Source: a virus
Lineage: Duplodnaviria; Caudoviricetes
Direction: 5' to 3' (one strand)
Virus record (IMG/VR): IMGVR_UViG_3300036857_000070
Location: 1-29,292 of that record
DNA length: 29,292 bases
The position numbers were made by a program, and so were the translations under genes. The notes under the pieces were generated by a model. It did not search any database, was not told the DNA's origin, and saw only the letters and a program-made list of their open reading frames with translations. Position 1 is the stretch's first letter, and every line of letters starts with the position of its first letter. Below are positions 1 through 9,657 of this stretch, in pieces.

Positions 1-2733
1 TAGTCCAGGTCCTGGTCCACCTTCTCTAAAAGCTTCACCCATACCCTTACCAGGTAAAGCTGCGGTATCCAAATTGTCTATGAATTTCGCAAGTGAATAT
101 CCACCGACACCAGCAATGATAGCTTCGCCAAGAGACATTGTTGAGAGAAGTAACAATGCTTTTCCAAATCTGTTAGTAGCTCGAGTCGCTGCGTCCATTC
201 CAAGTGCTGTGGTAGCTAATGCTTTAATCAATTTTCCAAACGTAAGTGCCGTAATTACGACCCCAAGAAGTTTGATTGCACCAATCAGTCCACCTGATCC
301 CGTTAAGACATTGAGTATATCAGAGAGATTGATACCGAAACTATGAAGTATTGGAATAAGGAGAGCTAAGGCACCTAGAACCAAACCTAGTCTCACACTC
401 AGGAATCCTGCTTCTCCTCCCAAAACAGTAAACGAATTACGGATCATTTTTAAGCTGATGATGGTTGCAGCTAAAGCTCCAGCAACAGAAGCAATAACTC
501 CTATCGCTAATGTTGCTGCGGCAATCCATGTAGCCCATTCACCATAGCTCTTCTTTTGTGCATCAGAAAGGCCATTGAACCATTTAGCAAGATGCTGCAA
601 TGGTGCAACAAGTTTCATAAGTGCCGGTACAACTACTGCACCGAGTTCAAGACCAAGAGCGCGCATCTGATTTACAAACACGTCCCATTTGTATCCTGTC
701 GATTGGCGCATGGCTTGGAGGTCACGAGTGAATTCTTTCCTGTCACCACTTGTTTTCCTTAAGATGTTTGTATAAAGACCATATTGCTGAACCAGTGCTT
801 GCAACGCACGACGCGCTTGGACTGTACCTTCCTGATTAGAAATCGTCTTTAACCATTGATTTAGTGCAACACCATTCTTTGTAATGTCAGTGCCCATTGC
901 ACGAGAGGTCTGGATAAATTTATTAATGATCTGATCAAGTGGAATTAAATTACCGTTTACGTCAACAATACTCTTAGCTAGCTTTTCAAATCCAGAAGCA
1001 GGATGAGCTGCAAATCTTCCGATAATATCCATAAGTCTCGCAAGTCCAGCAGCAGACATTCTCTGGCTTGGTAAGAGACGAGTCATAAACGCAATAGCAC
1101 CATTCATTTGTTCGATGGATTGATGTGCTGTCTTAAACGCTGGTGCAAGTTGATTCATAGTCTGAGTATATTGTTCAAGAGTCAGTCCACCGAAACGAAC
1201 TGTTGCAAGAGTGCTGGCAGCAAGCTTTCGGAATTCTGCCATGTTACCTGTATTAATATCCCAGTTATTGGCAAGTGTAACTAGAGCTTGAGATACGTCA
1301 TTTACATTGCCAATCATGCCACCAGCAACCCATGCGTCACCAAACAATTTAACAAGCTTGGCACCTTGACCAAGTGTTGCATCAGTTGTCGAATAGATCG
1401 TATAAAGTGCATCAGTTAAATCATGTTGATTGGCCGGAATAGTTTGCATTGCATCAGTTACAGCCTTGGAAATTTTTTCCGAGTTAGCAACTACTGTTTG
1501 TCCAGTGGATGTGAACACATTTCCTGTCTGTGTAGATACACGAATAGCTTCTGTATTGAAATGAGCTGCACTTACTGCCATTGCACCAAGAGCGGCAACA
1601 CCGATAAGTCCAGCAGTTTGCATGACTCTACCAAGGTGACTAATGCCTCTTGCAATAGTTGCCATTCTCTCAGGGCCAATTCTTGCCATTGCAGCGTCAG
1701 TTTGTGCAATCTCAGCATTCATCATGGCAATTTGTTTTGTAGCCAGTTCCCACTGAGCAACAGCAGCCTGACCGGATGCAATCTCTGCACGCCATGCAGC
1801 AGTAAGTTTTTCAAGTTCTTTTTGGGTGATTTCTAGTTGGAGATTAAGTTCAGCATTGGCACCACTGACGGCAGCCGTTCTTGCAACAAGATTCGCTTCT
1901 TGTGCAGAAAGAGCTTGGATTCGTTTGGCAAGAATACCTGCTGATTCAGCAGCTCGTACTTCCTCTGCTTTGAGTCCTTGAAGTGAATACTGAAGTCTTG
2001 TAACATTAGCTCTGAGATCCTGCAATGATGATTCAAGAACACGGCTACGTCCAGGAATCTCAGCAAGTGCCAACTCTGTTTCATGGACTCTACGTCGTCT
2101 GATTTCTTCCTGTGTTACCAGTTCTTCCGGAACTGCTGCATATCTTCCAGTTTTCGGATCTCTTCTTGCGGCAGTAACCGCAGCCGTAGCTTTACTAAGT
2201 GCAAGCTGACGTTCCATGAATTGAGTTTCAAGACTGTATTGTCTACGTCTAAGTTCTGCCTGTTGAACTCCGTTTCGTAGGACAGAAGTTCCAATTCTAC
2301 CAATCTGGTTATTGATACCTTGTCGTCTAAGTTCGATCTTCTCAAGATTTGATTCAACAGAAGCCTGTTGTTGTAAGAGTCTTAGACGCTGTACAGCAAG
2401 GTTCGCTCCAGCACGTTCGATTGCAGTTCTCCTGATTTCAAGATTGGCAATCCTGTTTTGGATATTGAGTTGATGAAGAGCATTGCGCTGAGCTTGAATC
2501 TGATATTGAAGTCTTACCTTTCCTTGCTCTTCAAATGTGCTTTCAATTCTGGCAAGTTGTTGCGCTTGTCTAATCTGCAATCCTGAAAGACGATTCATCT
2601 GTTGAGCACGCATCACGCTAAGGTCACGTTGTGCTTGCAGGCGTCGAATATCGCGGCCAACTCTGCCCAGCATTGCAGAAGCCTGGTTCTGGCCTCTAAC
2701 GATTAGTAAGAGTTCGTGTGCGCCTATTGCCAT
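1..2733 (-). CDS. Tail tape measure protein (TP901-like core), 3'-truncated by the window edge
   Basis: Not in the ORF track because it has no stop in the window. Read manually from the ATG at 2733 (MAIGAHELLLIVRGQNQASAMLGRVGRDIRRLQ...) and open to base 1 (at least 911 codons). It has a long coiled-coil N-terminus, a tape-measure-like core (DLTDALYTIYS...TVRFGGLTLEQY) and hydrophobic Ala/Leu/Gly helices, and lies directly after the tail chaperone. Confidence 0.93.
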   Translation of the reverse strand, partial: MAIGAHELLLIVRGQNQASAMLGRVGRDIRRLQAQRDLSVMRAQQMNRLSGLQIRQAQQLARIESTFEEQGKVRLQYQIQAQRNALHQLNIQNRIANLEIRRTAIERAGANLAVQRLRLLQQQASVESNLEKIELRRQGINNQIGRIGTSVLRNGVQQAELRRRQYSLETQFMERQLALSKATAAVTAARRDPKTGRYAAVPEELVTQEEIRRRRVHETELALAEIPGRSRVLESSLQDLRANVTRLQYSLQGLKAEEVRAAESAGILAKRIQALSAQEANLVARTAAVSGANAELNLQLEITQKELEKLTAAWRAEIASGQAAVAQWELATKQIAMMNAEIAQTDAAMARIGPERMATIARGISHLGRVMQTAGLIGVAALGAMAVSAAHFNTEAIRVSTQTGNVFTSTGQTVVANSEKISKAVTDAMQTIPANQHDLTDALYTIYSTTDATLGQGAKLVKLFGDAWVAGGMIGNVNDVSQALVTLANNWDINTGNMAEFRKLAASTLATVRFGGLTLEQYTQTMNQLAPAFKTAHQSIEQMNGAIAFMTRLLPSQRMSAAGLARLMDIIGRFAAHPASGFEKLAKSIVDVNGNLIPLDQIINKFIQTSRAMGTDITKNGVALNQWLKTISNQEGTVQARRALQALVQQYGLYTNILRKTSGDRKEFTRDLQAMRQSTGYKWDVFVNQMRALGLELGAVVVPALMKLVAPLQHLAKWFNGLSDAQKKSYGEWATWIAAATLAIGVIASVAGALAATIISLKMIRNSFTVLGGEAGFLSVRLGLVLGALALLIPILHSFGINLSDILNVLTGSGGLIGAIKLLGVVITALTFGKLIKALATTALGMDAATRATNRFGKALLLLSTMSLGEAIIAGVGGYSLAKFIDNLDTAALPGKGMGEAFREGGPGPGL

Positions 2734-3371
2734 TTATTGTCTACCAGGAGGCCCATGATTACTCATTGCCTTCTGATGTTCCTCATCTCGAATACGCATT
2801 ACAATCTCTAGTCGTTTAATGACACTATCTGGTTGATCCATTATTGCGCCACTATATGGTGGCATGCGAAACTCCCGGCTAAGATGATACAGCCGGAGAG
2901 TATCTGATGCATCCTCTAGGTCGTCGTCGGTAGGGTTGTATCCTCTACCGTTTGCGATCCGTTTCCAGTTTTCATCAAGGACGATTCTAACTGAGTGGTA
3001 AAATTTTCTGCATCAAAATCAACCAGATTCAATTTATCAATTTCACTCTCGATCTCAGCCGCAATTCTTGGATCAAGAATCTCAAGAGTCATGTGATTAC
3101 TGAAATCTAATTTGTTGCCCTTCTCGTCCTCAAGGTTGTGATCAATGATACAGTGAGAAAAGTCGTATTTACGAGAAGCTTCGTTAAGAATGTCAATCGT
3201 AATCTTGTTAGTGGCGTCACGTCCTTGTCCAAGTTCCTGCATGAACCTTGCAGCCATATCACGGCGCTTGAGCATCTGCCCGAAGGATAGCTGCCGAAGG
3301 ACAACGTATCCCTCGGGCAGAGTCTTAAGATTAATCCTTACACCATCTGCATTAACTGTTGCCCTTGGCAC
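2734..3371 (-). CDS. Tail assembly chaperone, long form made by -1 frameshift (about 212 aa, lambda gpGT-like)
   Basis: After the slippery site the -1 frame stays open for 88 codons (YHSVRIVLDENWKR...RMPPYSGAIMDQPDSVIKRLE...GPPGRQ) and stops at TAA 2736-2734, adjacent to the tape measure ATG. Confidence 0.85.
2916..3371 (-). CDS. Tail assembly chaperone, short form (151 aa, gpG-like)
   Basis: Lies between the tail tube and tape measure genes; GGAGA RBS; in-frame slippery heptamer near the 3' end. Confidence 0.88.
   Translation of the reverse strand: MPRATVNADGVRINLKTLPEGYVVLRQLSFGQMLKRRDMAARFMQELGQGRDATNKITIDILNEASRKYDFSHCIIDHNLEDEKGNKLDFSNHMTLEILDPRIAAEIESEIDKLNLVDFDAENFTTQLESSLMKTGNGSQTVEDTTLPTTT
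3000..3006 (-). other. Programmed -1 ribosomal frameshift heptamer A AAT TTT
   Basis: XXXYYYZ pattern in the correct phase (GAA AAT TTT, codons 122-124 of the chaperone). Confidence 0.82.
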
Positions 3372-3393
3372 TTTATCTCCCTTATTTGAAGGA

Positions 3394-4407
3394 TTACGTA
3401 ATATCTACAGTCGTAAGAACCTCCAAACTGTAGGCGTCTCCGCCTGCGATTCCGATTGCACGGCCTTCAACAGTTGCCATGATAAGATCGTTCATGTTAG
3501 GAAGGTTCACAGTATAGGTGTTATAAACCGAGTTGTTGATACTGATGCGGAATCCACTATCAGCAGTTGCAAAATCTGAACCACCCTTAAGGCTCTCGAG
3601 CCTTACTGCACGCTTCGTAGCAGCAACCATGTTGTTGTACTCGGTCTTGTTGATGAAGTCAAGTTCCGTACTATAAGTCGCCTCAGTCTCATGGAACGCA
3701 ATATATGTAGCTGCACGATCAGGTGTAAGGCGGTTCTCAGCACTTGCATTGTAGTTCGCATTGAACGTGAAGCCGTTGAAGTTAAGATCAGGAGTGGCGA
3801 ATGCAGGTGCAGTTCCAGCAGTATCAACGTAAACGGTATGAGCAGATGCACCAAACAGATCGGGAGTAATCCATGCAGGAGTACCAAGTCCAGCGGGAGT
3901 CTCTTCACTAAGACCAAATCCGTTCATGGTGCAGAGAAGAACACCATTGTCGATGGTGAACTCAAAACCACCCATGACACAGCCAGCATAACCGAAACCA
4001 ACTCCATTACGAACAATGGTAATACTAGCTGTCTTAGGAGTAGATGCACCCGCGGCTGTTGACGCCGAACCTGCGGAACTAGGAGCGAATTTATATGAGA
4101 TGTTCGGAGTATAAGTTACGGCATCCTTCGTAATGGTATGACGTGAACAATACAGGAAATAAGGAATGAAGCTGGGATCTACTTCCATGTGGATATCACC
4201 TTCGATGTGATAGAAGCTCTGCTCTACATCGGAGACGATAGTCTGCTGACGGATTTGAGGAGAGAAATACTTATCTTCGGTATAAACAAAAGACTCGTCC
4301 AGAATGGGAACCCAAACCGTTCCACTCGTAGTAGGAGGAAGATAAGTTCCCATTGTAGTTTCATGCTTGATGGCTAACCAACCACCACCTCCCAAGCCTG
4401 CCGGCAT
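3394..4407 (-). CDS. Major tail (tube) protein
   Basis: 337 aa, beta-rich. The N-terminus GLGGGGWLAIKHETTMGTY resembles siphovirus tube proteins, and the gene lies upstream of the chaperone and tape measure. Confidence 0.85.
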   Translation of the reverse strand: MPAGLGGGGWLAIKHETTMGTYLPPTTSGTVWVPILDESFVYTEDKYFSPQIRQQTIVSDVEQSFYHIEGDIHMEVDPSFIPYFLYCSRHTITKDAVTYTPNISYKFAPSSAGSASTAAGASTPKTASITIVRNGVGFGYAGCVMGGFEFTIDNGVLLCTMNGFGLSEETPAGLGTPAWITPDLFGASAHTVYVDTAGTAPAFATPDLNFNGFTFNANYNASAENRLTPDRAATYIAFHETEATYSTELDFINKTEYNNMVAATKRAVRLESLKGGSDFATADSGFRISINNSVYNTYTVNLPNMNDLIMATVEGRAIGIAGGDAYSLEVLTTVDIT

Positions 4408-4760
4408 TATGCACCACCTTCAGTAGATGGCTCAGAAGTTTCTTGTGGAAGTCCACTCTGAGTAGATGCAGGCTGAGCACCTGTACCCTTTGCCTCGCCA
4501 GGAGGAACAACAACATCCTCAGGTGGAGCAGGAGGTTCCCAACCCTCAGGAGTCTGAAAAGTACCTGATCCAGATACTTCCATTCCTTCCTGATCCTTTA
4601 GCACATTCTCGATCGTGTTGTTATTGGCAGAAAAGAATGCAGCCTCGCCGGCTTCATCCACCTCTACTGATTCACCATTACGAACCGCGCCGATACCGAT
4701 GATACCCAAGGCTTTACCCTGTGGATACCCTTCCAGATTTACCTTAACCGTCAAGGCCAT
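4407..4760 (-). CDS. Hypothetical small tail-region protein with a Pro/Glu-rich tail
   Basis: Start moved to ATG 4760 (MALTVKVNLEG), which follows AAGGAAGGGG. Its stop overlaps the tail tube ATG. Confidence 0.7.
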   Translation of the reverse strand: MALTVKVNLEGYPQGKALGIIGIGAVRNGESVEVDEAGEAAFFSANNNTIENVLKDQEGMEVSGSGTFQTPEGWEPPAPPEDVVVPPGEAKGTGAQPASTQSGLPQETSEPSTEGGA

Positions 4761-4798
4761 ACTATACCCCTTCCTTATGGGAAGGCAATCCACTAGCT

Positions 4799-5269
4799 TC
4801 ACGAGATTCCATAAGGAAATCCCTTCCGAGATTCGATGGCAACAACCATCTGTGTGCCAACCACTGAATCGTTGACATATCTTGTTCCTCGTTCAATGGT
4901 AGGTGTGGTTGAAGCAACATACATGAACACTACGCTGTCATCCATGGTCATGTCACCAGTTTCAAGCCAATTCTCAATCTGCGTGACAAGATCAAGATCC
5001 TCTTCTGTTCTCTCCGTATGTGTAACATCAAGCTTTGCATGGTAAACAAGAATAACTACTTCGATACCCACAATGAAGATGTGAGTTTGATGTAATGCCT
5101 TCTGTTTCGCACCTGCAAGAACAACAACCGCAGGATACTGTGGCTTAAGACGTTCATTTAAACCAAGGAAGTTAATTCCGAATTCATCTTTCTTCTCCGC
5201 GATCTTGTCATAGATCCACTGTGCAGCCTGCTGTGGTTCAGTAATTGTTTCATCGAGGAAAGTAGCCAT
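4799..5269 (-). CDS. Putative tail terminator / tail completion protein
   Basis: 156 aa with a PQYPAVVV motif; lies between the neck genes and the tail tube. Confidence 0.65.
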   Translation of the reverse strand: MATFLDETITEPQQAAQWIYDKIAEKKDEFGINFLGLNERLKPQYPAVVVLAGAKQKALHQTHIFIVGIEVVILVYHAKLDVTHTERTEEDLDLVTQIENWLETGDMTMDDSVVFMYVASTTPTIERGTRYVNDSVVGTQMVVAIESRKGFPYGIS

Positions 5270-5988
5270 TATCCGACCAAGCCTCTATTTCTTGACATCA
5301 GACTAGCAATGTTCTCAGTTTGGAATACAGGAGCTTTCCGTGGGATATGAGACATAGTTGCCGCTGGACCACCAATTCGACCGAAAGCACCACGAAACAT
5401 AGGAATCCCAGATTTGCCAGGTCTAACAATTTGTAGGTTTCGATCTACCCAATCGTCGAATACATCAACGGTAGCAATTTTTGCTTTTTCGCTCATCCCC
5501 AAGAAAGAACGCTGAGGCATTGTTGCACCCCTTCCTACCGTTCCTCCCCGATCATGAACGCGCCAGTAAACAGGTAACTGATCAGTGTCAACAAACAATT
5601 GATTACCAAAAATCTGATAAGTACTTCGACTAGTTAAAGCGTTAAGTAATTCATTGTTCCTTGTAACACGTGGCGAATCAACCGTAAGTTGCATTATCTT
5701 TTGTCCAGGAGCATGGAACTGTTTCCATGTACCATACTTCTTTGAAAGATTCTGCCAAGGCACTTCGTCAACATCAACTTGTCGGTTGAACCTGTCACGC
5801 ACGTCCTCTATCATGATTTCTTTTGACACAAGCAATGGAAGCTCAATTTCCGTAAGTCCTTGTGACATATAGTCGAACATGGCTCCGACAATCATAGGTT
5901 CATCTTCATGAGGTCCCCAACGGAATTCAATACTCCCAATAAATGAAGCAGGAACGTTGAAGGACTGATAAGTCGAAACCAGTTCCAT
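5269..5988 (-). CDS. Phage virion morphogenesis (Mu gpG-like) neck protein
   Basis: Motifs RFNRQVDVDEVPWQNLS, YWRVHDRGG and MPQRSFLGMS match the family pattern. Confidence 0.8.
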   Translation of the reverse strand: MELVSTYQSFNVPASFIGSIEFRWGPHEDEPMIVGAMFDYMSQGLTEIELPLLVSKEIMIEDVRDRFNRQVDVDEVPWQNLSKKYGTWKQFHAPGQKIMQLTVDSPRVTRNNELLNALTSRSTYQIFGNQLFVDTDQLPVYWRVHDRGGTVGRGATMPQRSFLGMSEKAKIATVDVFDDWVDRNLQIVRPGKSGIPMFRGAFGRIGGPAATMSHIPRKAPVFQTENIASLMSRNRGLVG

Positions 5989-6425
5989 CAGAAATTTTGA
6001 TCCATCTTGAAGAAGGGTTCTGGAATAGTCGTATTGTTAGGCCAGAAATCATCTGACGTAAGACGATCAGTAGTAGGCTCTTCAACACCCTCAACTACAA
6101 TCGTGCTATCTTGAATACCCTGCAACAGACCAATAGCCTCGTTGTACTTGTTCTGTGCATACATAGGATCATCTAAGGAATCTTCGCTGTATCGTTTACG
6201 ATATACGAATGCAGCAATGAGTCGTCCAGTGATTGATCTGATTAACCCAGGTGTGGCATCAGGGTTGGTCCATAGAGCAAGCGTAGAAGCAGGATAATAA
6301 TTAGCAAGATAACCACGCACAATTCTCTCGGCGTCCAATTGTGTTTCATCGAATTCAGCCGTGTCTACAACCACCTTATCGGTAGGCAAATGAACGTTTG
6401 CGTCGTCGATTGTCGCTAGTGCCAT
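5988..6425 (-). CDS. Head-to-tail adaptor (Mu gp36/DUF1320-like)
   Basis: 145 aa, helical; AERIVRGYL...Y..., NKYNEAIGLLQGIQ; lies after the capsid genes. Confidence 0.72.
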   Translation of the reverse strand: MALATIDDANVHLPTDKVVVDTAEFDETQLDAERIVRGYLANYYPASTLALWTNPDATPGLIRSITGRLIAAFVYRKRYSEDSLDDPMYAQNKYNEAIGLLQGIQDSTIVVEGVEEPTTDRLTSDDFWPNNTTIPEPFFKMDQNF

Positions 6426-6428
6426 TAT

Positions 6429-6824
6429 TTACTGAGATGCAGGAGGCGGTGCTTGCGGTGCAGGAGTTGTCTTGCCTGTTTCAGGATTGATTTCCTCGGG
6501 TTGGACAACCTCTCCTTCATCATCGAATCTACGAAGAAGGTCGGCAGTAGGTCCGGAACGATCAAAACCCTCCTGTGCTTCAGTAAGACGATCCTGCATG
6601 ATCTGACGTGGGCTGCGAAACGGGTCCTTTAGGTAATCAGGCATCTCTACATCTCTGACAACCTGTTGATCTACGAGATTCTGCCAGTCCTCATCACTCA
6701 TATCGAGATCAGACTGTGAAACTGAATCGCCAATCTCGATAGCCTTAGGTCCAAGAACGTTCCCTTCGTCATCCTTCTCGACTCCGTAGAGGATTCTGGA
6801 CCATGCATACATTGTATTGGCCAT
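6429..6824 (-). CDS. Hypothetical capsid-adjacent protein
   Basis: ATG 6824 follows GGAGGA; acidic with a Pro-rich C-terminus. Confidence 0.75.
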   Translation of the reverse strand: MANTMYAWSRILYGVEKDDEGNVLGPKAIEIGDSVSQSDLDMSDEDWQNLVDQQVVRDVEMPDYLKDPFRSPRQIMQDRLTEAQEGFDRSGPTADLLRRFDDEGEVVQPEEINPETGKTTPAPQAPPPASQ

Positions 6825-6832
6825 TATTCCTC

Positions 6833-7849
6833 CTAGAACGCGCTCGATGACCAAGCGGTCTTGATGAGATATCCTGCACTAGAGTTTACGACCTTGATAT
6901 CGTATTCCCATGTCTGACGGAACAGGTCCGACTTACGAGCTTCCTCACGCCACCTGTCGATAGGCTTAAGTTCTCCACCAAGCTGTGGATAAACAAAAGT
7001 CTTCATGAAGGTCTGCACGTCCATGCCATCAGCATTGTCAACGTATGCTAGGATTACGTCCTTGCCCCAGAATGATCCAGCAGAATAAGTTTCGTCAATG
7101 CTACCTGCCGTGTTGTAGATATCGTCCCCAACGCCAATCTCATAGATTGTACCCTGGAATCCTGTAAGAATACGGAATGCATCAGGCTGACTAAGTGCAA
7201 AGTTGGAAAATCGCTGAACGATACGAGGATGGTTTTCGATGTAGCTTACTCCTTGGGAAGGAAGAAGCATCGTGTTCGGAGGGAATCCAATAAGACCATT
7301 GATCTTACGAATACCAGTCATGATAACGGAAACAGGATCGGAAGTAGAAGAAGTACCACCAGTGTAATCATCCCATTGCTGAGCGCCAGCAAGCGTGACC
7401 GTGTTACCCACAGGGTAAGTTGAAGTGTTGCGTGCAGTGTCGGCTACTAGCTTCTCATGTTTGCGCTGTAGGGAACCAACAACAACTGCAACAGCATCAG
7501 TTTCCACGTTGATGTTGAGTCCACCACCAAATGCCGGATTCGACAGACCACCAGCACTTGCATACTCTCTCCGCTCTTCATCAGTTACCGGAGTCTGAAG
7601 AGAATGCTGCTTAGTGCTGAACGTATCTTCCGACCACTTCCTACCCCTCACTTCGTTCGCAACAGTACCAGGAGCACGAAGATCCGGAAAGATGAGGCGA
7701 TTGGACCTATCGAACACACGGTACTTACCAGACTTCACATTAGTTCGAGTCTCTGGTGCAAGAATATCGCCGTAGTATGCAGGAGCACGATACCCTGTTG
7801 CGAAGTTAGTCAAATAGGGGTCAACGTAAAGAGTCGATGGATCGTACAT
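6833..7849 (-). CDS. Major capsid protein (HK97 fold)
   Basis: 338 aa; N-terminal VDPYLTNFATGY and C-terminal AGYLIKTA are typical of this capsid class; follows the protease and cement genes. Confidence 0.9.
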   Translation of the reverse strand: MYDPSTLYVDPYLTNFATGYRAPAYYGDILAPETRTNVKSGKYRVFDRSNRLIFPDLRAPGTVANEVRGRKWSEDTFSTKQHSLQTPVTDEERREYASAGGLSNPAFGGGLNINVETDAVAVVVGSLQRKHEKLVADTARNTSTYPVGNTVTLAGAQQWDDYTGGTSSTSDPVSVIMTGIRKINGLIGFPPNTMLLPSQGVSYIENHPRIVQRFSNFALSQPDAFRILTGFQGTIYEIGVGDDIYNTAGSIDETYSAGSFWGKDVILAYVDNADGMDVQTFMKTFVYPQLGGELKPIDRWREEARKSDLFRQTWEYDIKVVNSSAGYLIKTAWSSSAF

Positions 7850-7861
7850 TTACGCTCCCCT

Positions 7862-8239
7862 TTAGATGATGTTGCCGGGTAGACCTAACTGAACACTTGC
7901 AAATGCACCCGAAGCTGCACCTTGCCTAAAGGTGCCGATCACACGATCCCCTGTTACAGCATCGTGGACAGTACCATTGGCCGTAAGACCACAAAGAGCA
8001 CCCACAGTGCAAGTTCCGGACGCTTCCATTTCAGAAGCACCCTCTACTCTCACACTAGCGAGCTTTCCCTTGGTGATCTCACCAGTCGCTACATCGAACT
8101 GCACAACACCTGCTACCACATCTGTCTTTGCGGTAACAGGAGTGACAGTCTCTTCCGCAGAGAACTTTACTGCACGAAACTTGGTAAGGGCTACAGCAGG
8201 AGCATAACCCTTATCAAGGATGAAGTTACCAGTCGCCAT
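7862..8239 (-). CDS. Capsid cement/decoration protein (DUF2190-like)
   Basis: 125 aa, Ala/Gly/Val-rich, between protease and capsid. Confidence 0.75.
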   Translation of the reverse strand: MATGNFILDKGYAPAVALTKFRAVKFSAEETVTPVTAKTDVVAGVVQFDVATGEITKGKLASVRVEGASEMEASGTCTVGALCGLTANGTVHDAVTGDRVIGTFRQGAASGAFASVQLGLPGNII

Positions 8240-9657
8240 TACCTAACCCTCCCAGGAAGAGAGGCTTGATAGTTCTCGAACATGTCAGGATGCCTAGATG
8301 CGGCAAGAGAAGTTGCAGTTGCGTAATCGACACCATCCTGTTCCTGGATCTCAAGAACCTTATCTGCGAAAGCCTTGGCAGGATTCTTAGGAGTAGGATC
8401 TTCATAGTTATCTGTACGAGATGAACCTGCTTCTGTATAGTCCACGAAGCCAGTCTTGCCGATAAGCTCGATGACTTCAGAAAGATCATTGACGTTAGCA
8501 TTACCGTCACTGAACTTCTTGTGTACCTCTTCGAGCTTATGAATTACGACAGAAGGAAAACCCTTCTTCGTGGGCTTTCCATCTGCATCATGAATATGAC
8601 TGAACTGCTCAGAGAAAGCCTTAGCGCGACTGTCCCTACGTTCACGCCGGCCCTCTTCAAGTTCAGCAAATTCACGAGGATAAAGCTCAGCAAACGACTT
8701 GCGCTCACTGTGTTCCTTAGCTGCCGCACGCAATGGAGCAACTTCCTCCATGATGTTTTCGACAGCTTTAATGATGTCAGCGTCGGGATCTAGTCCAAGA
8801 ACATGCCGAAGCTTACCATCAATCTCGTCACTCGGCCCATCCTTTTCGACAAACGGAGGAGTATCCACACGCGATCCTTCCGAATCGTCAGTATTCGCAC
8901 CTTCAAGCGGCGGGTCCTGTGGCTGACCAGGATCAGCGTGCTCATTAGGCACGTGTTCATCAACTACAACATCATCCATATCGACCTCGCTGTTTGATTT
9001 ACCCCTTTCTACATACACATCTGAGAAATTGAGTGGGATCATGCCTTCTTTAACGTATGGTTTGTTCGTAAGTGCTCCGCCACTGAATACGAGATTATGT
9101 GTCTCTCCCGTATGAGGGTTTTCATATTCATCAAAATGTTCACCTGAGAAGTATCGCCATTCTTCAGCGTCGATTTCTTTCCTGGCTTCATCGGTGAAAC
9201 GAATAAGCCCCCAAAAGCCATCGTCACGTACTTCCACTTGTTCGTACCATCCGGCAGCTTTACCACCCTTAGCAGGATCAAGTCCATGATCATACGAAAC
9301 GACGTAATCCTGTTCGCCGTAATACTTGGCATCAAAGCTCTCCTTGAGTGCCTGAGCTGTCTCTTCATCAATGGAAGTATCAGAAAAGATCGGATGACTC
9401 CAACTGCTAAATGGGTAAACCTTCACCCACTTCCTATTCCCATCAAGCCACTCATGACTGAATGACTTAACGAAATTCACAACTGCGACTTCACTATTCA
9501 TTGAACCACTCTCCGCTGCGTATAGAGCACGCATTTGCGCTAATGCTTTAGCTCGTGATGCGTGACAGCGACCACGTAGTTCACCGCTGTTCTTATTGAA
9601 CAATCCGTAGGGTTTGGAAGTTGGACAAGAAGAAGTTTTTCTGACTACGTATGGCAT
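8239..9657 (-). CDS. Prohead protease fused to scaffold (Mu gpI-like)
   Basis: YDH, KAAGW, WRYFSGE and GGALTNKPY motifs of Mu-like I proteases, then an acidic linker and a helical scaffold-like C-terminus. Confidence 0.87.
   Translation of the reverse strand: MPYVVRKTSSCPTSKPYGLFNKNSGELRGRCHASRAKALAQMRALYAAESGSMNSEVAVVNFVKSFSHEWLDGNRKWVKVYPFSSWSHPIFSDTSIDEETAQALKESFDAKYYGEQDYVVSYDHGLDPAKGGKAAGWYEQVEVRDDGFWGLIRFTDEARKEIDAEEWRYFSGEHFDEYENPHTGETHNLVFSGGALTNKPYVKEGMIPLNFSDVYVERGKSNSEVDMDDVVVDEHVPNEHADPGQPQDPPLEGANTDDSEGSRVDTPPFVEKDGPSDEIDGKLRHVLGLDPDADIIKAVENIMEEVAPLRAAAKEHSERKSFAELYPREFAELEEGRRERRDSRAKAFSEQFSHIHDADGKPTKKGFPSVVIHKLEEVHKKFSDGNANVNDLSEVIELIGKTGFVDYTEAGSSRTDNYEDPTPKNPAKAFADKVLEIQEQDGVDYATATSLAASRHPDMFENYQASLPGRVR

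Noticed and set aside
1833-2357. Minus-strand ORFs 1833-2084 and 2115-2357
   Set aside because: They are out-of-frame ORFs inside the continuous tape measure frame.
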